Below, piece by piece: positions 30,388 through 40,293 of a stretch of 64,000 nt of DNA. Source of the DNA: Thermodesulfobacteriota bacterium (GTDB taxonomy: Bacteria > Desulfobacterota > Desulfobacteria > Desulfobacterales > C00003060); the NCBI GenBank assembly GCA_034189385.1, contig JAXHVD010000008.1, positions 98,396 through 162,395 on the forward strand. The letters run 5' to 3'. Position numbers and translations under genes: made by a program. Under the pieces are notes generated by a model. That model saw nothing but the letters and a program-made list of their open reading frames with translations, searched no databases and was not told the origin of the DNA. The first letter of the stretch is position 1, and each line of letters opens with the position of its first letter.

Positions 30388-31842
30388 TCAAGTCCGGGTA
30401 CCCTCGCGGTCCAAGAATTCTCTTGTTCTATAATCGGACAATGCGCCTTTTTGAATCCCACAGCCGCAGATGGCATCTCTCAAGAAAAGACGCTGTTCAT
30501 AAAAAGGCCACCAAACCAGATCCAGTTTGCTAATTGCCGTATGGGCGTGCTTGACAAAATCTTGTCGCTTTTGATTGCTGGCAGGCGTCAAAGAGCATAA
30601 CAAGACATCGGCCATATCAGCGGCGGCCTCTGGACCCAGGAAGACGCCCATAAACCTGCAATCCTTAAGCCTGTCTTTGGGCATGGGATCAAAGGAGGGC
30701 TGGTTCTGGGTTACGCGGGTGGCCAGTTTGTTCGCTGCTGAGCTGTTCCGAATGGCCACTGCCGGCACATAGAACCTGATGGGGCGCGGCTTTGTGCCTT
30801 CTTGGGCCTTTGAAGGATACAAGGGGGAGAACGCGCGCAGATCAGCCGTTGTTTTCAAGGATTGTCCATTGGAGGTCATCTCGGCATGAAACACCCAAAA
30901 GGGCAAATAGACGAGGCTTTGGTTGAGGCCTTCCGGTGGTGCGGCTGCCTCAAAACGCACGGCCTTCAAGCGACCCCCTTTTTCCATCCATGCCCGGTGG
31001 CATGTGCCGCAAAGATGTATCATGTCGAAACGATTCAAGGGGAGGTCCCACCCGCAGTTAGGACACTTAAATGGGATAAAGAAGACGCGGCTGAAACTCA
31101 CTGTGGCAGGTTGTCTCCGTGTCTTCTCTTCCATATCTCTCCATTGCTCATCTGTAAGTACCCGCGTGACCTTGTTGGCCACCGCATCCAGGATCAAGAC
31201 AAAAGACCCCTTTGCCCCCAAGGACAGCTTCATCATCCAGAATGGGAAATAGATGATGCCATATCGTTCACCAACCAAACGGGTCCGTCCAAGATGGAGG
31301 CGAAGACCGGTTTCATCTAGGCCTACATCGCTCACGGAGGCCCCATGAATAACGGCTGTGTCAAAGGTGGTGGCGACATTCATGATGGCCCCTGTTTTGG
31401 ACATTTTGCTACGATCAAAAAAAAGAAGCTTCAGGGCCGCCGGTCGCACCCCCAAGGAGCGGAGTCCCAAATAGATCCCCTCATAGGCTGGGAAGGTGTA
31501 ATCGAGTGGTTTTGTCTTTAACTCCTTTAGGATTTCGCCGTTGAGTTTCTTGCCAAAGATCCATCTGAAAACCATTCCCTTAATGCGCCAATAGGGGGCA
31601 AAAAACAGGCGCTTCTCAGTCACAAGGGCCTTTTTCGCTTTAGCGTGCCTTAGGGCCTTTCGAATGATTTTTTTGATGCTTCTAATGTCTTCTCGGGGCG
31701 CCACATAGGTACGTATCACCCCTGAGCGACCGGCAACGCGAAGGGCACCGCCGCAGTATTCACAATACAAAACAGTGCTCTCTTCTTCAAATGAGACGTC
31801 AGCCCCGCATTGCGGGCAACTGGTGGAGAGAAAGAGGTCCAT
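30388..31842 (-). CDS. Hypothetical protein with two zinc-ribbon pairs
   Basis: CPQCG/CEYCG and CPNCG/CGTC, plus repeated PYW/PFW motifs; follows the SPFH gene. Confidence 0.75.
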   Translation of the reverse strand: MDLFLSTSCPQCGADVSFEEESTVLYCEYCGGALRVAGRSGVIRTYVAPREDIRSIKKIIRKALRHAKAKKALVTEKRLFFAPYWRIKGMVFRWIFGKKLNGEILKELKTKPLDYTFPAYEGIYLGLRSLGVRPAALKLLFFDRSKMSKTGAIMNVATTFDTAVIHGASVSDVGLDETGLRLHLGRTRLVGERYGIIYFPFWMMKLSLGAKGSFVLILDAVANKVTRVLTDEQWRDMEEKTRRQPATVSFSRVFFIPFKCPNCGWDLPLNRFDMIHLCGTCHRAWMEKGGRLKAVRFEAAAPPEGLNQSLVYLPFWVFHAEMTSNGQSLKTTADLRAFSPLYPSKAQEGTKPRPIRFYVPAVAIRNSSAANKLATRVTQNQPSFDPMPKDRLKDCRFMGVFLGPEAAADMADVLLCSLTPASNQKRQDFVKHAHTAISKLDLVWWPFYEQRLFLRDAICGCGIQKGALSDYRTREFLDREGTRT

Positions 31843-31860
31843 AAAAAACACGTGTCTCGA

Positions 31861-31913
31861 TTGAACCCTCCCCGTGGCAAGCCACGGGGGCTGCGCTCGC
31901 TTATTTGGTCCAA
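31861..31913 (+). repeat. TTGAACC-ended palindromic element (family A), copy 3, minimal 53-bp form
   Basis: TTGAACCCTCCCCGTGGCAAGCCACGGGGGCTGCGCTCGCTTATTTGGTCCAA. Confidence 0.85.
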
Positions 31914-31929
31914 TACTGCTTGAGATGCC

Positions 31930-33054
31930 CTAACGTATCTTCTCTCCGCAACTGTTGCAGAAGTTCGCCTCTGGCAGCACCTCTGCATGACACCTGGGAC
32001 ATGTTGCCGTAGGTTTTTCAACTGGTGTCCCGCAAACCATGCAGAAACGAGCCTCAGGTGGCAAATCTTTGTTACATACATGGCATCGGTTCACGACTAC
32101 CAGCTGATGACCACAGTTGGGGCAGAATCGGGCCTCCCTGCTGATGGCGGCATGACACTTCTGGCAGCTCTGGGTTGGGTCTTGCGTCTCAGCGCCAGCC
32201 ATGGATTTTTGCAGGATGCCCGGTAGCATCATGCCCAGCCCTGCGCCAACACCGAGCCCCAGACCTTGTGAGGCGGTGCCGCCGGTGTCACCTGCTCCTG
32301 TCCCGGCAGCATCCCCCATGGCCTTTGCTGCCTTAAACTTTAGGAATTCGTCAAGGTTTTGTATCGCCTCCATCCCGCTTCGTTCGTCTATCATCCGCTG
32401 TACTTCCTCTGGCGGTGTGATGGAGTTGACGTAGAGATCCCCCAAGCCGATACCGTAACGCTCAAAATCTTCTTGGACGCGGCTTTTGAGGGCCACGGCA
32501 AATTCATCATATTGTCTGGGAAGGTCAAATATGGTGTCCAGGGTCTCGCCCAAGAGGTCATTCAGACGAGAGACAATAACGTCTCGAAGATAGTCAGAGA
32601 TGGCATCGGTTTCAAAGATGCCTCGTGTCCCCACAAGGGTATTTATAAAAAGGAGTGGCTGGATAACGCGCATGGTGTAGTTGCCGAATCCCCGAAGACG
32701 CACCAGCCCGAGTTGCGAGTCCTTGAATGCCACCGGTTCCTTAGTGCCCCATTTCAAGGAAGTATAGACCTTTAAGTTCACGAAATAGACTTCCGCACGA
32801 AAAGGGCTCTTGAAGCCAAAGGGAAGGCTAAGGGCCTTGGTGAGAAGGGGGATATTGAGGGTGGACAGGGTGTGGCGGCCTGGCCCTAAGAGGTCGTATG
32901 CCTTGCCGTCACGGAAAAAAACAGCCGCCTGGTTCTCCCTCACGATGAGTTGCGCCCCCAGTTTGATGTCTGCTGAGCCCTTTTCCGGGATGCGGTGGAC
33001 CATGGTCTCACCGGTTTCATCAAACCATTCTAGTATTTCCAGAAGTACAGCCAT
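31930..33054 (-). CDS. SPFH/band-7 (YdjI-like) domain protein with C-terminal double zinc ribbons
   Basis: [29 protein letters not shown] and KWGT, then six CxxC pairs; start MAVLLE follows GGAGG. Confidence 0.88.
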   Translation of the reverse strand: MAVLLEILEWFDETGETMVHRIPEKGSADIKLGAQLIVRENQAAVFFRDGKAYDLLGPGRHTLSTLNIPLLTKALSLPFGFKSPFRAEVYFVNLKVYTSLKWGTKEPVAFKDSQLGLVRLRGFGNYTMRVIQPLLFINTLVGTRGIFETDAISDYLRDVIVSRLNDLLGETLDTIFDLPRQYDEFAVALKSRVQEDFERYGIGLGDLYVNSITPPEEVQRMIDERSGMEAIQNLDEFLKFKAAKAMGDAAGTGAGDTGGTASQGLGLGVGAGLGMMLPGILQKSMAGAETQDPTQSCQKCHAAISREARFCPNCGHQLVVVNRCHVCNKDLPPEARFCMVCGTPVEKPTATCPRCHAEVLPEANFCNSCGEKIR

Positions 33055-33837
33055 GATGCCCTCCTGTTTGGAGAAGATGCCTATGGTGTTGACGGTCTCG
33101 CTAAATCGTTTTGCGAACGAGATTGAGCGTTTTGGGAGAAAAGCCCTTGGGCTGTTCAGCGCCAAGAAATGCGCCCTTCAAGCCCAGAGGATATGGCGGC
33201 CAACCACTAAATATAACTTATGAAGATATCAATATTTATCATCATTGTAAATTCCCTTTTTGCGGCTTCCTTAAAGAAAGACCTCATCATCTTCTCTGCG
33301 TCTACCGTCCAGCCCGTTTCAGTGGTCCATTTCAATGAGGGCTTTGATGGTTGTCCAGGCAACGCGTTTGTAGAGGGACTTCTCTTTTCCTTTGACGGTC
33401 CTTGGCGGCAAAACAGGTGCAAAACCCATGGGTGTCATCCCTTATTCCACTTTTTCAGGCTCAGGTCCTTTCCGTTTCCTATGCCGCTGTTCCCTCCATG
33501 GTTGGGTGCTGAAAAGGCCCAGGTCTCATGAAGACTCGTCGCACCCACTCAAACGGCAAGATTTTGTAATCAATGAAAGAGTCAAGGATGGACAAGGCAA
33601 CTGGTCTTCGTGCTGGGCCTGCTGTAAGTGGCCCATTGAGTGCCTGCCCAGGCCTGCCCAGTCGGTTCCCGCAAAAGCTTTGGGAGAAATCAGTTGATGG
33701 TTTTTCTTGACTTCACCATCCTTGATTGCTAAAGGTCTAATAGACAGGATACTCTGTCTGTCGGTGTCTCATTCTAAGCCTCTGGGGGCTGTGGAGACTG
33801 CGAAAGATCCCTTCCCTCGGAGGCTTTGTCTTTCTTC

Positions 33838-34137
33838 GGGCTGTTGCCCAAGCCGCCCCCCTCTGAGCAGTTCATTGAGGCCTTTTTTGGCCATCAACCT
33901 TGACAACATGTTGAGGATTTTTTTGTGAACGATATGGTGCATTTTTGCTGAAAAGCCCTTGAGATGTTCAGCGTGAAAAAATGATTGCTGGTTGATCCGC
34001 CGCCGCGGAGAGTCTGGACAGGCAGGACCTCTTTTCAAGCGACTGCGCGCAACTGGCAGGGCTAATCACCTGGAGCAAGCCTTAGATTTAATAAAAAACG
34101 GTTCAGAACAAGCGAAAGGCGGTTTGGGCAACAGCCC
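33838..34137. mobile_element. MITE-like non-autonomous element, 300 bp
   Basis: 20-bp terminal inverted repeats matching 19/20 (GGGCTGTTGCCCAAGCCGCC / GGCGGTTTGGGCAACAGCCC), flanked on both sides by TTC; no transposase ORF. Confidence 0.7.
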
Positions 34138-34140
34138 TTC

Positions 34141-34169
34141 TTGACCTGGCCGTCTTTCGTGCTTATTTT
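34141..34169 (+). promoter_or_regulatory. Sigma70-like promoter
   Basis: TTGACC-17 nt-TATTTT, 6 nt before a closed stem-loop. Confidence 0.45.
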
Positions 34170-34175
34170 ATTAAT

Positions 34176-34250
34176 GCGGTAGGTCTCTGGAGCCGGTGGC
34201 ACCATCAAGTCTCTAAAATGAGGCACCGACCCCGGCCCCGGAACTACCGC
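34176..34250 (+). ncRNA. Candidate 75-nt structured small RNA, family unknown
   Basis: Terminal stem GCGGTAG/CTACCGC extended by GCCGG/CCGGC, an upstream promoter and a downstream pyrimidine tract. Confidence 0.4.
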
Positions 34251-34439
34251 CCTTTCCTTTAGAGCTCTTCTTTTCTTCAGTCTGCCAATGCCTTTTCAGC
34301 CCCTGGCGCCCACGGTTGCGCTTCCCATCCCTTTGGAATCGTGCCAGGGATCCTCATCGTCTTGTCCCACCAGAGGATGGATATTGAAGGCCCACGAGGG
34401 GTTCTCAAGCCAAACAAGCCACAGGCCTTGGGGATCCCT

Positions 34440-34724
34440 TTACGAATACGGTTTCAACTCGTCGAGCCACATCTTTAGAAGGTCCAATCTCACCGCGTTG
34501 TTGGTTTCGGGCAGCTTTTTTGTGCCCATTGCGTCGAGCAACCACTCCAGGGCGATCCTTACATCTTCAACGGTGACGATGATACCAAGTTCATCTTTGA
34601 GAAGGTCCCTGTAGCGAAGGGTGGAGGAAACCAAGATCCCGAAAACGCGTCTGGCGTCCTCAGAAGTCTCGGCAGTGCTTCCAGCGGCTTTGATGAAGAG
34701 TTTATCGATGGCCGACTCATCCAT
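34440..34724 (-). CDS. Hypothetical protein
   Basis: Helical 94-aa ORF after a GAGG RBS, directly downstream of the HTH/Zn-ribbon gene. Confidence 0.7.
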   Translation of the reverse strand: MDESAIDKLFIKAAGSTAETSEDARRVFGILVSSTLRYRDLLKDELGIIVTVEDVRIALEWLLDAMGTKKLPETNNAVRLDLLKMWLDELKPYS

Positions 34725-34735
34725 GGCTAAGGTCC

Positions 34736-35017
34736 TCACAGAATGTGATATTTAGGTGCCCTAATGCGTTCGCCCTTGCAGCGCGGGCACCGGCCAGGCC
34801 TGGTGAACCGTTTTCGGGTATCAAAAATGTATCCACAGGAAAGGCAGCTCGAGGGTACCACATGGAGCCTCTTGTGTTGCCGCGCCACAGACCGGGCAAT
34901 GTGGGAAAGATGGGAAGATACCTCCTTTTCCGGAATACTCAGAGTCTGTGAAAGATCTCTTGCCGTCCATTCCCCTTCAGACAACAGCAGGATCATTTGC
35001 TGGCGAGTTGTTGGCAC
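34736..35017 (-). CDS. HTH + Zn-ribbon transcriptional regulator (COG3357-like)
   Basis: TRQQMILLL...EKEV..HL.HIARS followed by CLSCGY and CPRCKGE. Confidence 0.85.
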   Translation of the reverse strand: MPTTRQQMILLLSEGEWTARDLSQTLSIPEKEVSSHLSHIARSVARQHKRLHVVPSSCLSCGYIFDTRKRFTRPGRCPRCKGERIRAPKYHIL

Positions 35018-35067
35018 CTAGAGCATCCGAATGAAGGGGTTGTGGTCCACCCCTCTTTTCTTTGGTT

Positions 35068-35580
35068 CTAAAGGATTTTCTTGTCCGGCAGACGAACTGT
35101 CCCCATTTCAAGCAAATCATCCCAGTCCATGTATTCAAAGGTGCGGCTCAGCACGTGGTCGTCGTCAACTACGTTGAAGACCAAGTTTGCAAAGACCCTT
35201 TCGGCAATGTCGTGAACAGGTCTCATGGGCACAACATCATCCTTTTTACCATGATAAACGAAGGCAGGGGGCTCTATGGTGTGCCCTAGGTAAGGCCGAA
35301 ACTCTAACAAAGAGAGGGCCGGCGCCAGGAGGATGAGCTTTTTCACGATGTTTGGGTGCTTGCATGCAAATATGGAAGCCATGAGCCCCCCAAAGCTTGA
35401 GCCAACCATGATCAAAAAGCTCTGGTCAGAAACCAGGCCGGTGAGCTTTTCCATCCGCTGTTCAAGGTTCCCGTGAAAGTCTTCGATTATCATATCAGGG
35501 CATCTTTTGCTGAAGAAGACCCCTTTGGTCCCGTGACTGCTCCCCTCAAGACCGTGAATAAAGACTCTGGTAGGGCTCAT
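35068..35580 (-). CDS. Alpha/beta hydrolase (YqiA-like esterase)
   Basis: FIHGLE, GSSFGG nucleophile elbow, HGKKDDVVP and DDDH. Confidence 0.88.
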   Translation of the reverse strand: MSPTRVFIHGLEGSSHGTKGVFFSKRCPDMIIEDFHGNLEQRMEKLTGLVSDQSFLIMVGSSFGGLMASIFACKHPNIVKKLILLAPALSLLEFRPYLGHTIEPPAFVYHGKKDDVVPMRPVHDIAERVFANLVFNVVDDDHVLSRTFEYMDWDDLLEMGTVRLPDKKIL

Positions 35581-35616
35581 AAAGGATAATACCGTATAAG
35601 TGGTTTGATCTGTGCC

Positions 35617-36147
35617 TTACGACCCTGGCATTTCGTACAACTGTCCCAAGGGGCCAGCAAGGAGAGCAAGTGTGACCACCCAGAGGGCTGAGACAGAAAG
35701 GAGGACACTGCTGGTCGCCTTTGCCCTGGTCAACTCGTAGACTTGTTCCACCGCCACAATAGCTACGACGACACTCCATATAATAGCCAAAAGACCGGCT
35801 AGGGGTAGGAGGGCCAACCAGTCGATAATCCCGGTGAGGGCGAAGATCCGCACAAAGGCCAAAAATTCTTCCTTCCCTTTTGATCGGCCGGCAATCAGGT
35901 GCAGAAAACCCGCAAACAAAAATAGGGAGCCTACAGAACAAAAGCCAGCAACCAAAGGACCCACAGGGCCTGTGTGAGGCACCACGGGAATGGCCCCGCC
36001 TATGGCCGTCACGCCAATGCCAAACCTCATGGCGCTGGCGTTGCCAGCCACTTCGGCCATGGCCAATCTGTTTAATTTTACCACCTCCACCGACAGTTTG
36101 AAATAGTGGAATGGCCCTTGTGGCTCAAACGGAGAAGGATTTTCCAT
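35617..36147 (-). CDS. Yip1-like membrane protein
   Basis: About five hydrophobic segments and VVAIVAVEQVYELTRAKA; start MENPS. Confidence 0.65.
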   Translation of the reverse strand: MENPSPFEPQGPFHYFKLSVEVVKLNRLAMAEVAGNASAMRFGIGVTAIGGAIPVVPHTGPVGPLVAGFCSVGSLFLFAGFLHLIAGRSKGKEEFLAFVRIFALTGIIDWLALLPLAGLLAIIWSVVVAIVAVEQVYELTRAKATSSVLLSVSALWVVTLALLAGPLGQLYEMPGS

Positions 36148-36669
36148 GACTGGCCTCTCGGTTGATTCGCAGACTCGAGACACCACCTTGAAGGGCACAA
36201 AGCCGCCCCAAATCCGGCTATTGTACCAGATGGCATCTCATTGTTGAAGCTCAGGTGCATTCTTCCCGTTGGGGGGGGGGCTGTGTCAATCGAAAAGCCC
36301 ATGGTGCCCTGTTGCCAACGGTCTGGACAAGGAGCAGATATGCCAGAAGGCTGTTGGAGGGACAATCCGGGTCTTTAGGTTGACCGGTGGCATCCAATCT
36401 GTTAGTAACGTCCGCTGTGGCATTGTGTCTTTCTAAATAGACATTCGGGATAGGGACAAGCTTCTCTTCGGCATCTAGTGCCTTTAAATAGCGATGCCAT
36501 TCGCTATGTATATGCTCAGCGATCCTCCCCGTCCCCTTCACTGTCTTAGCCGGTCGGGGTGGCCACTTTCCGATGTCCCCCCGGTGGCGAAGGCCGCGGG
36601 CCTAAAGACCAGATTCTGCCTGCCAATTGCCCGCAATCCAGTTTAGAAGTCAAATGAAAGGATGCTTTT

Positions 36670-39600
36670 ATGCCGAGACGTGATGACATCAAGAAAGTAA
36701 TGATTATCAGTTCTGGTCCCATTATTATAGGTCAGGCGTGCGAGTTTGACTATTCTGGGACACAGGCGTGCAAGGCCCTGCGCAAGCTGGGCTACGAGAT
36801 CGTGTTGGTGAACTCCAATCCTGCAACCATCATGACCGATCCCGGCATGGCCGACTTCACCTATATTGAACCGCTGAATCTCCAGACGATGAAAGAGATC
36901 ATTGAGAAAGAGAGGCCAGACGCCCTGCTGCCCAATCTGGGCGGGCAATCCGGGCTGAACCTGTCCTCGCAGTTGCACCGTGAAGGGGTGTTGGACAAAT
37001 TCGGGGTTCAGATTATCGGCGTCCAGGCCGACGCCATAAAGCGCGGTGAGGACAGAAGCGCCTTTAAAGAGACCATGAACAAGATTGGCCTAGAGATGCC
37101 GAAGAGCGCCCTGGCATACAGCGTTGAGGGGGCAGAGAAGATTGCTGACGAACTCGGCTACCCGGTGGTGATTCGTCCGGCCTACACCATGGGTGGGACC
37201 GGTGGTGGCCATGTCTACAATGTGGAAGAGTTGCGCATCGTGGCCAGCCGTGGGCTTTCCGCAAGCCTTGTGGGCCAAATACTGGTTGAGGAATCGGTTA
37301 TCGGATGGGAAGAGCTGGAATTGGAAGTGGTCCGAGATGCCAAGAATCAGATGATCACCGTCTGTTTTATAGAGAATGTAGATGCCATGGGCGTTCATAC
37401 CGGGGATTCCTATTGCACTGCCCCCATGCTCACCATTGATCCTGAACTCCAAAAACGCCTGCAAAAGTGGTCCTACGACATCGTGGAGGCCATCCGGGTG
37501 ATCGGCGGCACCAACATACAGTTTGCCCATGATCCCAAGACGGGCCGTGTGGTCGTGATCGAAATCAACCCCAGGACCTCCCGTTCCTCAGCTCTGGCGT
37601 CCAAGGCCACTGGTTTTCCCATTGCCTTGATCTCGGCCATGCTGGCCGGCGGCATGACCCTGGACGAGATCCCTTACTGGAGAGAGGGCACCTTGGATAG
37701 ATACACGCCATGGGGCGATTATGTGGTGGTCAAGTTTGCGCGATGGGCCTTTGAGAAGTTTGAGGGGGCTGAAGACAAATTGGGGACCCAGATGCGTGCC
37801 GTGGGCGAAGTGATGAGTATTGGCAAGACCTACAAGGAGGCCTTCTTAAAGGCCATCCGATCCCTGGAAAATGGCCGCTACGGCCTCGGTTTTGCCAAGG
37901 ACTTCCATGAAAGACCATTGGACGAATTGATGGAGTTGTTGGCGGAGCCCACGAGCGAGCGGCAGTTTGTCATGTACGAGGCCTTGCGAAAGGGCGTGTC
38001 CGTAGACACGCTTTACGAGAGGACCCACATCAAATCCTGGTTCATTGAGCAGATGAAAGAACTGGTAGAGCTAGAGGAGAGGATCCTTAGATACAAGGGG
38101 CAGGTCGCGCCTGAGGAGCTTCTGGTACAGGCCAAAAAGGACGGATTCTCTGACCGCTACCTCTCTCAAATTCTGGCTGTACCCGAAGGGGACATCCGGC
38201 AGCAACGCACGTCTTTAGGCATTGTCGAAGCATGGGCGCCTGTGCCGGTAAGCGGTGTGGAAGATGCCGCCTATTACTTCTCCACCTATAACGCCCCTGA
38301 CAAAGTCCCGACCAGTGACAGACGAAAGATCATGGTCCTGGGGGGAGGCCCCAATCGTATCGGCCAGGGGATCGAATTTGACTACTGCTGTGTTCACGCA
38401 GCATTTGCCCTCCGTGATGAGGGTTATGAGTCGATCATGGTCAACTGCAACCCAGAGACCGTGTCAACTGATTACGACACCTCAGACAAGCTGTATTTTG
38501 AGCCCCTCACCGTAGAGGATGTGTTGAGTATTTACGAAAAGGAAAAGCCTGAAGGGGTCGTTGTCCAGTTTGGAGGACAGACCCCCTTGAACATCGCCAA
38601 TGAACTGGCTGAAGCAGGGGTCAAGATCATTGGGACATCACCAGAAATCATCGACCTGGCCGAAGACCGGGATCGCTTTCGCCAAATGATGGGCAGATTG
38701 GGAATTCCTCAACCTGAGTCCGGCATGGCAAGCACCCTGAAAGAAGCCCTTGATGTAGCTGAAAGGATAGGCTATCCCCTGATGGTCAGACCGTCCTATG
38801 TCCTTGGGGGACGGGCCATGGAAGTCGTCCATGACGAGGAAATGCTCAAGCATTACGTAGCCGCTGCCGTGGATGTAACGCCCGAAAGGCCCATATTGAT
38901 CGACAAATTTCTGGAAAACGCCATTGAGGCTGAGGCAGATGCCATCGCAGACGGCATGGATGCCTTTGTGCCTGCTGTCATGGAACACATTGAGCTGGCC
39001 GGTGTCCATTCCGGAGATTCGGCATGCGTGATTCCGCCCATCAGTATCCCTGCAAGACACATTGACACCATTTGTGAGTACACCAAAAGGATCGCAGAGC
39101 AACTCGGCGTCGTTGGGCTCATGAACATCCAATATGCCATCGCAGACGACATCGTCTATGTGCTGGAGGCCAATCCACGGGCCTCCAGGACCGTTCCTTT
39201 GGTGTCAAAGGTCTGCAACATCTCTATGGCTCGCCTTGCTACGCAGCTGATGCTGGGCAAAAAGCTTCAGGATCTTGGCATCAAGCCCAAATCGATTCCC
39301 CACTTTGGCGTGAAAGAAGCCGTTTTCCCCTTTAACATGTTCCCTGAGGTCGACCCGATTCTGGGGCCGGAGATGCGATCAACTGGAGAGGTTCTGGGCC
39401 TTGCAGACTCCTTTGGCTTGGCCTTTTACAAAGCCCAAGAGGGAACCCAACAAGTGCTTCCCTCTGAAGGGGCTGTGTTGATCACGGTGTCTGGGAGGGA
39501 TAAGCAAGCAAGCCTGGAAGTGGCCAAAAAGTTTGAGAAGCTTGGTTTTAGGATTAAGGCGACTGAGGGGACCCAGCAGTTTTTTTCTGACCGCGGCATT

Positions 39601-39873
39601 GAATCGGAAGCTATACGGAAACTGCACGAAGGCCGTCCTAACATTATTGATGGGATAAAGAATAACGAGATTCAGCTCATTATCAATACGCCAAGTGGCA
39701 GACTGAGCAAGCACGACGATTCTTACATTCGCAAGTCTGCCATCAAATACAAGATTCCTTACATTACTACCACGGCCGCGGCGATTGCAGCAGCGAGAGG
39801 GATTGCAGCTTTTCGCAAGGGGCACGGGCGGGCAAAGTCTCTTCAGCAGTACCATGGGGATATTGGACACTGA
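36670..39873 (+). CDS. carB: Carbamoyl-phosphate synthase large subunit
   Basis: GPIIIGQACEFDYSG, NSNPATIMTD, GVHTGDS, GPNRIGQGIEFDY, NCNPETVSTD and a C-terminal MGS domain. Confidence 0.98.
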   Translation: MPRRDDIKKVMIISSGPIIIGQACEFDYSGTQACKALRKLGYEIVLVNSNPATIMTDPGMADFTYIEPLNLQTMKEIIEKERPDALLPNLGGQSGLNLSSQLHREGVLDKFGVQIIGVQADAIKRGEDRSAFKETMNKIGLEMPKSALAYSVEGAEKIADELGYPVVIRPAYTMGGTGGGHVYNVEELRIVASRGLSASLVGQILVEESVIGWEELELEVVRDAKNQMITVCFIENVDAMGVHTGDSYCTAPMLTIDPELQKRLQKWSYDIVEAIRVIGGTNIQFAHDPKTGRVVVIEINPRTSRSSALASKATGFPIALISAMLAGGMTLDEIPYWREGTLDRYTPWGDYVVVKFARWAFEKFEGAEDKLGTQMRAVGEVMSIGKTYKEAFLKAIRSLENGRYGLGFAKDFHERPLDELMELLAEPTSERQFVMYEALRKGVSVDTLYERTHIKSWFIEQMKELVELEERILRYKGQVAPEELLVQAKKDGFSDRYLSQILAVPEGDIRQQRTSLGIVEAWAPVPVSGVEDAAYYFSTYNAPDKVPTSDRRKIMVLGGGPNRIGQGIEFDYCCVHAAFALRDEGYESIMVNCNPETVSTDYDTSDKLYFEPLTVEDVLSIYEKEKPEGVVVQFGGQTPLNIANELAEAGVKIIGTSPEIIDLAEDRDRFRQMMGRLGIPQPESGMASTLKEALDVAERIGYPLMVRPSYVLGGRAMEVVHDEEMLKHYVAAAVDVTPERPILIDKFLENAIEAEADAIADGMDAFVPAVMEHIELAGVHSGDSACVIPPISIPARHIDTICEYTKRIAEQLGVVGLMNIQYAIADDIVYVLEANPRASRTVPLVSKVCNISMARLATQLMLGKKLQDLGIKPKSIPHFGVKEAVFPFNMFPEVDPILGPEMRSTGEVLGLADSFGLAFYKAQEGTQQVLPSEGAVLITVSGRDKQASLEVAKKFEKLGFRIKATEGTQQFFSDRGIESEAIRKLHEGRPNIIDGIKNNEIQLIINTPSGRLSKHDDSYIRKSAIKYKIPYITTTAAAIAAARGIAAFRKGHGRAKSLQQYHGDIGH

Positions 39874-39910
39874 GACTGCCGGCCAGGGAAGAGCCTTAAG
39901 AAGGGATCAC

Positions 39911-40283
39911 TTACTAATGAGATCATTGACATTTAGATATAAGGTCACCGCCCGCTCGTATTCACTCGCTCGAGACGCGAAGGGCGCGAAGGAATCGGTT
40001 TTTTTGCTTTTCGCTGAGACGCCGAAAAGCAAAAAGCAACTTGCCCTTCGGGCAGGGCTAATGAACGTCGCCGATCTTTCAAAGTAACCATATGTAAATA
40101 CAGGCAAACTGCCTGCGCTTGATCCGTTTCTGTTCGCCATAGGCGATCGCTTTTTTTATGTTTTCCGGCGTCTCAGCGGAAAACATAGAGAAAAATAGAC
40201 TCTGCGCTCTTTGCGCCTTTGCGGTGAATATTTGTTTCTACAACTAAGAGACTATGTCTAAATACTTTTTGCCGCATTAGTAA
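39911..40283. repeat. Long nested-palindrome intergenic element (family B), copy 1, 373 bp
   Basis: Collinear with 55160-55571; outer IR TTACTAATG/CATTAGTAA; two inner hairpins with complementary loops. Confidence 0.9.
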
Positions 40284-40293
40284 AAGGGGACCA

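Noticed and set aside
33271..33438. 39-aa minus-strand ORF (MTPMGFAPVL...EMDH) ending in TGA with a short open extension, a possible selenoprotein
   Set aside because: No redox motif, no convincing SECIS hairpin and no recognisable family.
34176..34250. tRNA-Pyl/Sec-like gene (contains CTCTAAA and a 7-bp terminal stem)
   Set aside because: No T-arm, D-arm or anticodon stem can be formed; kept only as a generic sRNA candidate.
36251..36541. 96-aa minus-strand ORF upstream of the Yip1-like gene
   Set aside because: No RBS or recognisable motif; cannot be supported as a gene.
36585..36632. Partial resemblance to the 3' half of a c-di-GMP-I riboswitch upstream of carB
   Set aside because: The GGCAAA...GAAA P2 hairpin is missing.
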